Below, piece after piece: positions 1-13,052 of a stretch of 55,017 nt of DNA. This DNA comes from Bigelowiella natans CCMP2755. Taxonomy: Eukaryota > Protista > Cercozoa. The stretch covers positions 1-55,017 of the forward strand of contig ADNK01002880.1 in the NCBI GenBank assembly GCA_000320545.1, in the 5' to 3' direction. A model generated the notes under the pieces. The model searched no databases and was not told where the DNA came from. It worked only from the letters and a program-made list of their open reading frames with translations. The position numbers and the translations under genes are program-made. How positions within the stretch are numbered: the stretch's first letter is position 1; every line of letters starts with the position of its first letter.

Positions 1-628
1 CCTCTACCGTGGCAACAATCGCCAACACTTTTCGACTGAAGAGGTTCAAAATTTAAATGCACTGTGATAGTACTACTCACGCTAGCTGGAGAATCTTCAT
101 CCTCTTTCTCCTCCCCCCTGCTGTTTTTTTGGTGGCATAAAGCAGATGGCGTGGCTGATTTGAAAAGGGCTTCTTCAAATCTGTCCATAAGTCTTTGATT
201 TCATGTTTATGCTCTAATTTTTCTCTTGGGAACACTGTGGTATAGATGCAGAATCGCTTCCACGCACCGTGTATGCTCGAAGTCTCTTTGAACGAAAGCG
301 TAGTAGGCTTCTCCTCTTCTTGTCTGCCGTCGAGTGTAAGCCGTTTTCTCCTCTTTTTAAGTCTTGGGCATAGGTTGGTATATTCCAACATGATCTCTTC
401 TTTGCCTTGGTCACTCCCATTACCTTGAGCACCTTCTTCATCCCCATTTTCTGTTCCTGCATTTGCATCTTTGCCTTCGTCCTTGGTTTCTTCATTTAGT
501 TGTCCATTTTTGCCATGGAGGGGTCGTATCAAATAGCATCTTGGATGTGGAATGTGAATCCTGCGCTTCCGTGCCTTTGGCGTTTTTGGGATCCTGGGTG
601 TGTTCTAATTATTAAAAATCTGTTCGGA

Positions 629-666
<38 letters not shown>

Positions 667-1417
667 AATATTATGTATTACTGACAAAATACTTACCTTA
701 GCGATCTTGCAGCCCGCTGCTACAATCGTCTCTCTTGACGTCATACTCTCGGTAACGATGGGGGGGAGGGAGAGGTTCGCTTCTGCTACCTTACAAGTTT
801 GGGACATCTGCACAACAGCTTGGACCTTTTGGTAATGAAAATGGGGGGATGGTAGAGAAGGGGGGAGGGGAGAGATAATAGCTGTAATAAAGATTTATAA
901 TCTAATGGCTTCAACGCCGATTAATGACGAATAATCGTAGTCATCTTCATCATCATCATCATCATCATCACCACCACCATCCCCATCACCGCCACAAAGA
1001 GGAAGATACTATCACCATTGAAGTACCACAACCAAACGTCGAGAACCTACAACTCAAGATCTAATCCAGCCGCTCACTGCCGCTACCACTACTACCACTC
1101 ACAACAACAACAACGACTATTACTACTACTACTACTACTACTAACACTACTGCTGCTGCTGCTACTAATGCTACGAGGACGATCAAAACGACATATGGGC
1201 TGCGAATTCATTGTGTGTTGATACCGGGTACATGCCCTTCGCTGTTTCGCCGCTCAGCATGACGCAATCCGCACCGTCGAGAACAGCACTACGCATTGGG
1301 TCAACCGCCGCATGCGCATGAAGAGTATTTATATATCCATAACGAAGATCCAGGGGAAGGGGGGGGGGAGGGGGGGGGAGATATGGAAATGAAGAAGCTG
1401 ATTCGATAAAATACACA

Positions 1418-1457
<40 letters not shown>

Positions 1458-1489
1458 GTGTGTGTATCTATGTGTGCGCTATTACAAAG

Positions 1490-1529
<40 letters not shown>

Positions 1530-2776
1530 GAGAAACACTGCACAATCTCCCCCCTCCCTCCCCTCCCTCCCCACTTACTTCGCCACATCGGAGACTTCGG
1601 CACGAGTGGGTCGGGGATTCGACACCATACCTGTGCATGGACGATCAAAAGACGAACAGGAAGCTGAGAGAGGCAGCAAACGGCCAATGCACCAACATTC
1701 ACCTCATATCATGTAGTTGATAAGAGCCATTCATGCCGTTCACACGACACTTACAGTGTTTTTACCAAACCCCACAGTGTTCCTAATGGAATAGCTTCTA
1801 CTCTTTCTTCTTCTTCTTCTTCTTCTTCTTGTCCTACCATCTCCTCTCATCCCCCCCCCTCTGTTCCCTCCGATGTATCACCCCAAGAGTGAAATTCGCA
1901 CCCAGCCCCTCCCCACGCCAGACACCAGCAGCAATAAACTTACTTTGAAGCATTTGAGTGGCCACGATGACGGGTTTGCCAGCCGCACGGCATAACCGAA
2001 TCATTCGTTTCTGCTGGACGAATACCTGACAGGGGGGGGGAATGGAGTAAGAAACATTCATTTCACCATCATAGGCCGCGGCAGGTATATGCCAGAAAGC
2101 AATATGTAAGAAAGCGAGGAGACGGACGAGTTGTCAGATTTTATCCTGTGCTCTCCTCAACTCAAAGCGCTGCTTCTGACCGCTGCAGACACGTGTGCAG
2201 TATAGGCGTTCAGTAGGCGTTTCTTTGTTCTTCCTTCTCCACTTATCCCTACTTCTCTACTGTGCATGCTTTGGATATCCTCAGCTCTAACCTTTGTGGC
2301 GTCGATCTCGATTCCAAGGTCCCCTCGCGCCACCATGATGCCGTCACTCTCTCGCAGAATGTCCTCGAAGTTGTCGCAGCCTGAGGAAAGCATGCCGTAG
2401 GTGGTGGGAAGGGGGGAATATTGAGGGCGGGGGGGCGGGTGTGGGCGAGGGGGTAAATTGAAGCCCGGTAACACCCAGCGCAAAGGCTGCTAAAACTACT
2501 ACTACTACTAATAATAATAATAATAATAATAATAATATCATCGCCACCACCGCCGCCACGCTTTATTGCTATCGTCATTCCTGTGTTTGTGCAGCAGCAC
2601 CTTCTTGATTCTCTATCTTTGAGATCACCATAACGGTCTTTGGGATAAGCTTTTTGATGCTCAGGACGTCCTCGGCCTGGTTGGGAGTCAAGCACACATG
2701 CTGTGTGTCAATCTGCTATGCACAAACCATCCGAGAGCAAGCCCACGCACACGCCCACACACATACACACACACAC

Positions 2777-2828
<52 letters not shown>

Positions 2829-3461
2829 CACTGATCGCGGAAGTAGCACCTTTCGAATGAAGGATGCGAATATCATATCCACCTTCATCTCTACACCGAA
2901 CTTAATGTCGTTTATGTCCTGACGACGACGAGGGGGAGGGGGGGGGGGGCGGGGAGGAAGACCATAATGTCAAATGCAATAGTAAAGAGGCTGTTGGTGC
3001 TAGCAGCTCTTCTTGGCATCGTATCGCTCGATAGATGAAACGATGTCGCAACTACAACACTTCAGTTGGAGAGGCAAAATTCTCGTTTTCGTGGAGCTAT
3101 CTCTGTGCTTTATTGCTAGCCGAAAACGTCTGTAATTTCCGCCTCCATTCATCATATCTTTGGGTAAAGACATAACGTCTACCCATCCATATTCACTGGG
3201 GGGCGCTCCTCCTAGTTCCTGGTATGATAATTATACCTTTTCACTGAGAGCGGGGAGGGTCACAACAGCGCCTGGTTTTGCGATCGAGCAAACAAATAAG
3301 AAACCAAAGACACGATGATGAGAATCGACGCCTCCATCCGAAAAGCTTTGCCGGCTAGCATACGCGAAGAAATCTTTACCGCAGTTACAAAGACAACTGA
3401 TATCTGGCTAAGACCGCAAAACGCTCTGAAACGAAGCCGTGCGGCCTCCTCTCCGCACTCT

Positions 3462-3509
<48 letters not shown>

Positions 3510-5510
3510 TAATGAGATAGCTAGCTACGACAAGCGATGTCTGATTCTATTACGCGCTCCAAGAGATAAATGCTGACCTGGCAAGTTAACTCCTTTTCTG
3601 TTCGATACGACGCCACCCTCCTTTACCTTGCAATGGACATCTCCTCCCTTCACCTCCTCCACCTATAGAGTAGACATAGAGTGTATTTGCGAATATATAC
3701 ACATATATGTGCATTTATATAATAGTTCCATCCTCTTTGATTTTTCCAACCCTCCACCCCTTTTAAGGAATGCCCGTGACCGCGCGCAAGCTCTCTTATC
3801 AAAGGATACCGTTAGAGCCAGCAGCCCATCGTCTATAAACACGGTCATGCCCGGCTTCAGGGACTTGGAGATCTCCTTGTAAGTTACCTGATGTTCAAGA
3901 TTGGTGGAAGCGGGGGGGGAGGTTAGGGTTGGTCCATTGGGACAATAACACCTTTTCGTTATTATACACGCCTCCTGCAAACTCCAAATCGGTCAAAACC
4001 ATCATAGCTTACCCAGAACTTCTCGGCGGTTCCTTTGTGTTGATAGGCATCGTCTGGTGTGAGTACGACTTTAGCATCCTTAACTAGCTTCACCTCTTCC
4101 TCAGGGAATGTGCCTACAATGTGTACAGGTGGGTCTCGTATTCGAAGCATCAAAGGCTGTGGGCTCTTTGCTTCGCAACGTCGTTAGGATGACGACACAA
4201 ATTTTCTGTGTTTTTAATATGGGGCACAATTGAGCATATCCACGCTACTATTCTTATTCTCCTCCAGCGGAAAACCAAAAACAGGCTTCTAAATGTCGAA
4301 GATCGATCTTGGGAAAGGTAAGTTTAAGTTTTCGCCACATTAGACTTGTGGGAGGTCATGCTTCTCTCCCCCCCCCCACCATCTCAGTCTTGGTTAGGAA
4401 ATTGTTCTTTGCTATTATTTTGCTTGCTTACGCACCGGTTCGGATCTCCGGGCCCTTTGTGTCGAGCGCCAGTGCGACAAAGCGGCCCTGATTCTTCGCG
4501 GCAGTGCGCAGTCTATTCATCAGTTTGCCGTGGTATTCGTGGGATCCGTGAGAGAAGTTAAACCTTAGTTTGGGAAATTTGTCATGTTTGACGTAAGCTA
4601 TACATGGAGGAGTAGAATCATAATGCAGTTGGGACTTCAGATAAGGCCTACTAGGTATGTAGATTTTTCAGTGCCTCCTTTACCAAGGAACTACCTCGCA
4701 ACATCAAGCCCAGCCGTCATAAGTTTTCCCATTATCTCGACGTTGTCGCTCCCAGGTCCGAGTGTGCACACAATACCTTACAATATGCTACTGAGCACTC
4801 AATTTACGTATGTACGTATTGTTCAAACGGTGCTGTCATGCTAGAAACTTCATGATGCTATTTGCGAGTGAAATTGTCGAATGTATATCAAAGGGTACGA
4901 GTAAAAGTGGAGACCTCACTTGTTGGGTACTATTTCCTCTATTCGAGTAGCATGGGTTTGTGCATCATGATATACCTGTAGAGCGCCAAGCGTCCTTGAA
5001 GGTTTGTACCGTAACTCCGGGCTTCGCCTGGGTATCCTAGTAATACGAGCGTGGACGAAGAATGTGAGCTGTTGGAGAAGATTCGGAAGCGGGATTTCGA
5101 CTCCATGTGCATATCATGACGTTGTCTCTACGCTATTATATAGCCACATCACGATTTATGCATCTCGTAGACGCTCGAGAAAACAAAGCGTTAAAGCAGG
5201 AGGCCACTTCATGTGAGAAGGAACACACCTTCTTGTCTTCATCAAAGTTGAAGGTGCTATGACGCCGAACGAATGGACTGGTAGCTTTAGTTTTCTTCAT
5301 GCTTTAAACACAGCGCGAAGCAATGAACAACACCTTAGGGTTCATAATTACGTATTTACAATTGCGCGCTACGTGTTTTTCAACACGCTGTACGTAAACA
5401 TGAAGGAAGCAGAGAGGGGGGGGGACCTTGGTTTAGGGTTTAGGCGTCCGAGATTTGGGTCACGGAAGAAAGTCACGTCACACACCGTTTTTTGTGAATT
5501 CGACAGACAT
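1..5510 (-). CDS. PK: Pyruvate kinase, multi-exon (about 16 exons), 3' end possibly beyond the left edge
   Basis: Spliced minus-strand exons give MSVEFTKN (ATG 5510) ... RSTG|[10 protein letters not shown]|[39 protein letters not shown]|[11 protein letters not shown]|[51 protein letters not shown]|[17 protein letters not shown]|[21 protein letters not shown]|[16 protein letters not shown]. These are canonical PK motifs joined at GT-AG junctions with matching phase (e.g. introns 1224-826 and from 696). Glu in GPEIRTG matches the K+-dependent type. Confidence 0.96.
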
Positions 5511-6582
5511 TTTAGATGTCGCAGGTTTAAAACAACAATGTTTCCATTGGCTACGGCGCGAGATTCGTGATGGAAATCCTTCCTTCACAGACAGGAATCC
5601 TTTTCGGATCTAGCAAAACAATCCCTAAATGATGTTGTCGCAGCATTTTTCTCCCCTCAAAAACATCAACAACGATACCGTCCAGGAGAGCATTCCTGCT
5701 GGACTACTGCGTCGCTTAGTTTGTTGCGATTTTTCCGTGTTTCCGGCGCTCGGAATAGGAAACATGAAAAATCGCCATGTGTTTCCGCAAAGTGGGTCGG
5801 TTCACACTGGCATGTCCTAGCATCTCTGCGTGTGTGGTTCTTGCTCATGTAGTTTGCATCAATGCTGCTTTCAATGTTCAATGTTCAATGTTTACATCTG
5901 TTCAAACTCTAGTTTCTTGTTCAGCGATGATTTGGTTTGTGTCAACTCGCACCTGATGAATGCTGCTAGGCTGCCTAGCTGCCCAATGAACTCTGAACGC
6001 CAGCCATTGGAAGCACTTGATTCATTCATCATTGTTGATCGCCAGCAGCAGCGGTTGTGCGCGTCGTTGTTCTGGTGTTTGCGTCTCCCGTGTTGGTCTG
6101 AAAGAATTGCAACTAAATAACACCACAGATTTCTGCGCCTAAATGCGCCTACTTGACCCACCGCGCGCGCGGGAGTGCTAGAGTGAACAAGCAGCAGTGC
6201 ACGCGACGACTTCGTCATTTGATCTGACCATGTTCAAGCTGCCGCATGTGCAAGCATTGCGCGTGTCGCGGCATTGCATCAAACTTGATGACATGAACGG
6301 TCTAGCTAGCGGTGAACACTTCCGTTGCACCGCTCGATCATGGATGCAGCTTCTCCCTCATGCACTAGCTCAGTCAGATTGGGTGTAGGAGGATCAATTC
6401 ACTTTGGGCTGTTGTGTCATGATGCACATCATTGCCATGAGCCTATCAGCAAGCATCATAGATTTGCACATGGACCACACTTGCTAGCTTGTGTGACGGG
6501 GAAAAAAAGCTTCTATTAGACACCATTGAAATATTTCCAACGCATGCGAATGACCTATCTCTACTCCTCATCATTTCTCGGA

Positions 6583-7158
6583 CTACGAGTCTTCTTCCTC
6601 TTTTCTTTTCTCAACTTCATTTATCTCTTCAAGTAGCGTCTTCTTGTTGAAAGACATTGACCGATTCAAACTCTACACCATGCAATAAAAATTGATTAAG
6701 GACATTCATTTTACTTCATTCTGTGGTGCTTATTAGCCCATTTTGGCCAAACAAAAGATTGAAATGCAATTGAGCATGCGTGCTAATAGAATTCTACATT
6801 TCGCTTCCAGTATTTGCCATCCGGCCGTGTTTCGGATATGGACCTACATTGAATGGATGGTATCAATCGGCGGCAACGGTGCTTCATGCAGAGTTGTAGA
6901 TCATTGAACCAATAGTACAGGAGGAGGACGTATGTAAATGCAATTTAAGTGTCATGATACGGGTGGAAGATACGCACGTAATCTCCTTTTTTTTTTTTTG
7001 GTATATCCTCATGCGTCTTCAATGACTCTAACCCACCTTGCCTTATTATGTTTAATCTGATCGCTGAGGAGCGCTGATACGGCAGGCTCTGAAACGGTCG
7101 ATTTTGGCAAACCGCCTCCGTCTAGTTAGAATTGAAAACACAAGAAGATGGACTTGTC

Positions 7159-7207
<49 letters not shown>

Positions 7208-8147
7208 ATATATATTATATTTACATATATCGCAAATTGAGAAGTCGCCAAAATGGTTCCAAAAGAAGATATAAAGGAAAACCGGACATAGCCAGCAATG
7301 GCAGCATAGCTTTCAGAGATGCAACACATTCCCTGGGATTGACACCCACGATGGCTTTTCATGATTCTTATCGTGAAGGCAAACCTTGTTCTACATTTCG
7401 AACTCCTATTTGTTCTTCATATATCCTTCTTTCCTCTATTTGAGATCTCCTGATTGCCTTCACCCACCTTTTTTGTAGCAAAATCCGTCGTTGCAAAACA
7501 AGTTTTATTTATAATTTAATCATGTCTAGGCATTCTAATACAGACGTATATATATTTATATATATATATATATTATATAAAATAGAAATGAATACAATAT
7601 AAACATAAACACATAATGTGTGAATGTGTGCGCGTTTGTGTATCTGTATGCGAATAATAACTTACTCTAATGCTATGGCGTCATTTTCTGCTTCGAATTT
7701 GAACAGACGATTGCCTTCCATTAACACGGAAAACGTCCCTTTTATTAGAAGCGAAAACATCGGATAGAGATTTAGGAATGTTAGTTAGTGGAGGAGGGTT
7801 TTACGAGGGGACGTACAACATAGTTGTTCAAATCTGCTTAGCATGGATTTGCACGAAAAGTGTTCAAATGACGATAACATGGAGAGAGGAACCTTGCCAC
7901 TCGATGGATTCGCTGCCACGACTTCCATTCTTTTACAAAGAAGAGTTCCTGCATGGCCCAAGTGCATCGTCAGCTTGTTTTGACGTTTCATACTAAATTT
8001 GACAAAACCTGCAGCAGGTCGCTTTGTATTGGTGCTTCTCCAGTAACTGAAGGCCGAGTCTCTAATACCTTCTGGGGCAGTAAGTTTTTGGAATCGTCAG
8101 AAGATATTATTTTATGCAAAGCTTGACGAGAGAGTATACACCCATAC

Positions 8148-8191
<44 letters not shown>

Positions 8192-9028
8192 ACAACCATG
8201 CAAGGATGTATTATTTTTTACGCTGTTAAGAATAATTTATAGAATGCTACGATATTGAACTCACTTCTTGTTCCAGAAGGATGGTAGACGCAGTATCTCT
8301 CCTGCCATATTTCCTTCCCCATGTAACTCTTTCATAACATATTCGACTGCCTCACAACGTTATATCGATCTGCAAATTTCTACTCTGCCAGCATGGAATT
8401 AGCATGAAGAGAAATTGCGTTTGGCCAATGACTTCGTACTTTAACAATTTCTACCTTGGGACATTTCTTCTTTAAAAAACCCATCATCATGCCGTTTTGA
8501 TTCAACTATTGATGAAGACAGATTCATTTCAAAAATTAAAAGATAGGGATTAACTTGTTCAAATATTAACACACGCACTCACACACAAACACACAATTTT
8601 TCCTCTCGTGATGGCAGAAATTATAAAATGCTAAAAGCACAGTATAACGTATACGATGCAGTAAGCAGTGAGATAGGAAATGAACGACCTCTATCTTAAA
8701 CTTCCCGTCGGCCCCTTTCAGTTGTGGGCTCCGAAGATCTTCATTCCGAGAAGGAAATCATTGTTTAGATAATAAATAAAAAGAATTCTTAATTATGTCT
8801 CCGGAAGCACAAGATGATAATACGTTCAATAAAGAAATTCAAAGTATCTTAAAAAAAAATTCTTGTGTTTTCTGATATTTTCATTATCGTACATATGAGT
8901 ATTATTCGCTAGTGCTTTCATAGAAAACTACCTGTGATGGTTTTGGGTTTCTCCTTATCTGAAGATACTTCAGGCGTATTTTCCCGTTGTAAACCAAGGA
9001 AGTTTTTGAATGCGATTTTTACGCTCAT
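6583..9028 (-). CDS. PH-domain protein, multi-exon
   Basis: Phase-consistent exons give MMGFLKKKCPK|SYMGKEIWQERYC...IRDSAFSYWRSTNTKRPAAG|TLLCKRMEV...W|TFSVLMEGNRLFKFEAENDAIALE|WVKAIRRSQ, which follows the PH pattern (GxLxKK, WxxRY, terminal WxxAI helix). Putative ATG at 9028. The 3' end is uncertain: stop at 7368, or further exons ending KKTLLEEINEVEKRKEEEDS* at 6583. Confidence 0.65.
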
Positions 9029-9417
9029 CTTTACCAAGTCTCAGGAAACTAATATATGCACTGATTTATACCACAAGAACAACCACCATAGCTCGACCGT
9101 GTGGCAAAACGTTCATTCTCATCATGTTTTCAACAGCTGCCCATAGCAACTCATTGGAGTTTTGTCAAAGATAGAAATCCTAGCTTCTACCTCTACACCC
9201 GAACCCATTCTATTCCTATTGTTACCTTCTTGGGATTCGCTTTTGAGGGCATGGAGCATTGGAGTGGTGGGAGTGGGGCCCCACCTTCTTCTGTTACGAG
9301 CACCACTGAGGTGGGACTACTAAATCGGACAAATCGCTGTCGCAACCCTGTAAACTAAGGCCATTTTAAAAAGAATAATGGAAAATCTTTAAGACTTGAA
9401 ATCGCACCAGTCGTAGG

Positions 9418-10230
9418 TCAGGTTTTGCCAGCCGTCATGCGATTCTTGTGCATGTAATTTTTTGCGAACGTGTACTCTAGCGCGGCGTCGCTGCATTGCG
9501 GTTTCCAATCGTGTTTGAAGTGAAAGGAGCTGTCGCTCTCGTGGAATAACGTGGATTTTTGTCCCGGCGTCCTCCACCACTGCTTCGTCACCCAGCCACA
9601 CACCAGCTGGCGCGCCCACCCGAACTGGCAAGGCAGTCTAGTTGGAAGAGAGAATCTCAGCACTCCTCTGCGATGAAGACCCTTCTGTGCTTTCTTGGAG
9701 TCGCATTCCTACCAATATACGCCAGGACGACGAGCGGAAGTGTTCAGGTCGGTGGATGCATTATGCAAAATTGCAAACCTCTGAGTTCTTCCCTCCCTGT
9801 TGACCATAAAGGGCGATCACCTCTCGCATAATCGCCTCACTGCCACAAACCAGGTTGGGTGTATATGCATGTAGGACAGAGTCTGTGATGTGTAGCAGCC
9901 AGCCCACGCACATATACACAGGAGCAAGTCAACTTACACCACCAACGAACCGGCATCATGCATCAGACACAGCACATATGCTTCCACGCATGCACAAAAA
10001 GATGCTTGACGGTAATCTCGTTGTTTTTCGTTACAGGCTCGAATCCCCATACGCTACAACACCCATCCGCTGAAACGGTGGACGCAAAGGGCACGTCAGC
10101 AACACCGCGAGTTCAAAGAGGGCCTTTTAAAGGACATACTAGATCGAGAGCAGGAATCGTTTCTCTGGGACCAAACAGGTTTTGGATCTTCGCGGCGTGC
10201 GACGTCACTTAGCGATCGTTATATCAGTGG
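9418..10230 (-). CDS. Hypothetical small Cys/Trp-rich protein, 5' end unresolved
   Basis: ORF 9418-9663 extends upstream in frame to an AG acceptor near 9715 (ECDSKKAQK...) and can splice to an exon DGCCSVWGFEP near 10045-10075. No family recognised. Confidence 0.35.
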
Positions 10231-11237
10231 TAAAGGATCCCGCAAGTCACGGGACCGTTTAGATGCTCCAGAAATTAGCCACCATAAGGCCAAGCAAGAT
10301 AAGTTCTGGGAAGACATCCTCAAGTGCCTCAGCATCCCGGAAGAATGAAGCAGTGGAGATATCACGGATAAATACAGAAAGGGCGTAAACCGATCGAGTT
10401 GGTTATCCCAACGAACATATATGAGTTATGAATTTGTAAAAAAACAGAAGACAGAAATAGGAATTTATCTGTGGCCAAAGACAGCAAGTACCTTGCGTCG
10501 TTACTAATGTATAAAGTGAAGTCATCGATGTTTTGTAGAAACAGATGTTTGATAAGATAAAGATATAGATAAACGAAAGAAAATAGATTAATGTACTTGT
10601 GTATGACGTCCAGTGGACTTTATTACAAATTGTAAATAGTCAAAATGGAGTCAAAGCATCAATAAATTTCGATGCCTTGCTAGCTGCAAATGATGCTACG
10701 CGCTTACATGCAATGATGCCGAGATATAATAGATGTCAGACAGCAAGCTAGCATGGAGCATGCGTTTGCCTATGCGCATGCATGGATATGGATATGCATG
10801 CGACGCGCCGCAATGTATCGTACTATTTTGCACATATATTATAAGAACGTGACGCTTGCATTGATAATCATTGGCATGCAATGCACACACTGAAGCTACA
10901 TGCACACACGCACATAGACTCGTTTGTTGAATCGCTTCTTTGACAGGTAGTCCAAGTCCAATTGTAACGCATGAAACATCATGCATGCCATGCGATGCAG
11001 CGTGTGTTCTACATTTAGCAAGTGTGCACTCATGCTATGTATACAAACATTATGTTTACACCAATAGACGAATGGGGACTAGAAAAGATAGCCACGTAAT
11101 ACGAAGGAAGGAATACGTAACCTTAAGCATTTTGTAAATGCTCGATAAAACGAAGGTCAGCGAAATCATGTACGTGTATGCGGAAATAGCTCAAAAACTG
11201 GCTAGAATCGGTGACACATGTACTAGAGGCAGTTTCA

Positions 11238-12573
11238 TTAATTCTCCAAATCCCCCACTTCAAGCGCAATAGCAACAGCTATTCCCTCATTCATTACAGC
11301 GTGCTTCCAGCCTGTTGGCACAAACATCACCTCCCCTGCATGCTGCGTGCATCGGAGGGGCCCATAGCGCTCCAGATGGGGTGTCGTAGAGTAATAATCG
11401 CCCGAATATCGAGTCGAAGGCAAGGCTGCGGTGAACCAGTTGTGGATCAGGGGGCCAAGGTTTGACACCGGTGGCATAAAATACCAATGCTTCTTGCCAA
11501 ATACGAGCCCGTTGTAGGCGTTCGAGTGGAAATGGAATCCTGTGCGAGTTGAGGAAATAGAGTTTTGACTTGTTTTCACCCCTACCTTGATGATCGTGAG
11601 CGCTCAGACTCCCAATCAACAAAGATCTCACAACGAAATAGCGTAATGGGGAGGACAGCAATCGTGGCGGGGAAAACCTAAAATCTCTCTACAGGCAACA
11701 AGATTCTAAGTTGAATTGGCAGGAAGCTATAGGACATCGAGCGGTCTCCCAAAGTAGATGGTGAACCTCCTACTTCCATTTACCTGTTTTTGAGCGGTCT
11801 GCACCGATCATGAAAATAGCACGCCGTTCCCTGCCCACATTACATTTGGTTCTCATTCTCGACAACATGGAGGTACGATTCTGACAACGTGCGATTCAGT
11901 ACCGTTCCGCAAGACTCATCGGAAACTCGTCGAAGAGCTCCAAGTGCTCAAACCCGTCCATAATCGGCTTGAACTTCTTTCTCGTGAAGAGATAGGGTAT
12001 GTCACCTTCCTTTGAGCTACACGCACCAGGAGTCGTTGAGCCGCCTACAGCATCGCCCTGAACATCCTTCTCCTCGCCGTCATTATTACAAGTCCCCGAA
12101 TGCTCTGCACGATAAAGCTCCTCGATAAAACTAGCCAGTCGCAGCTTTCTCTGCCTCCTTCCGCTCGATACTTCTTTGTCCCCGCTGACGCCGTATGAGG
12201 CGACATCGCTGCTCATGATTACCGCAACCTCCTCGTCACCAGAAGACTCGAGAAGCGCCGTCTTTCTCCACAGTTCCGTTCCTCTCCAATTCGACATCAG
12301 GCCGCCGATGAGTACAGGCTTCCCAGTGCGCGCATACTCCAGCAGCTCAGACAGGGAAAGGTTCATCCGGCGGTCTATGTCGCAGCGATTCTCGTCGACG
12401 AGCTCCTTCGATTCACCAGGCCTCGGAGACGTGCCCTTTAAATCTATGTTCCAATCATCGTCCTTGTGATTGGGAATCCGACCGGCGAAGTAGCTGTCGG
12501 GGATGTAATCAGTGACAGGTGTTGCTCTTTCACCTGTCAAAAGATGCTTCAGCTATTCCGCAATACACACACA

Positions 12574-12610
<37 letters not shown>

Positions 12611-13013
12611 GTGCGCACGTAATAAATGGTTACTCTGGATCTTGTGTTTAGTCAGGATTTGATTCTACTCTCACGAATGTGCGAACACGCAGCTATGAAT
12701 CAACCTTTTGCAACCGCCCGAGCAAATGAGCGCGAATTGGCATAAGCAGTGTAGAAGACAGCAACCGACTTCCCATCTAAACGGCGACTGAGATCCTTTA
12801 TGCGCGCGTACCTTTGGGTTGAATCATAGCAATCTGCAATCGCATCGCAAATCGCTGCCTCTGCAGCTAACAAATTGAAGAGCCCATCAGGGTTGCTCCA
12901 AGTGCACATGTCCAGAAACTCAGAACAAGACATATTTCCAGCCGAAAATGCGTCCTGAGAACGGACTCATTATCAGAATTCTAACGAAATTCTCAGCAAA
13001 ATTGATTTAAATG

Positions 13014-13052
<39 letters not shown>

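Noticed and set aside
5451-5464. TTTAGGGTTTAGG telomere-like motif (also CCCTAACCTAACC near 48675)
   Set aside because: Only about two units, inside introns; too short to call an interstitial telomere or telo-box.
5871-5893. TTCAATG x3 tandem repeat
   Set aside because: Short simple repeat with no spacers; not CRISPR-like.
6420-6490. SKH(I)DL-like string resembling the copia RNase H KHID motif
   Set aside because: Requires a frameshift and no other RT, integrase or LTR signal is nearby.
6480-6493. 14-mer CACAAGCTAGCAAG shared in inverted orientation with 51830-51843
   Set aside because: Both lie in GCTAGC-rich biased sequence and the flanks do not align, so it is probably chance.
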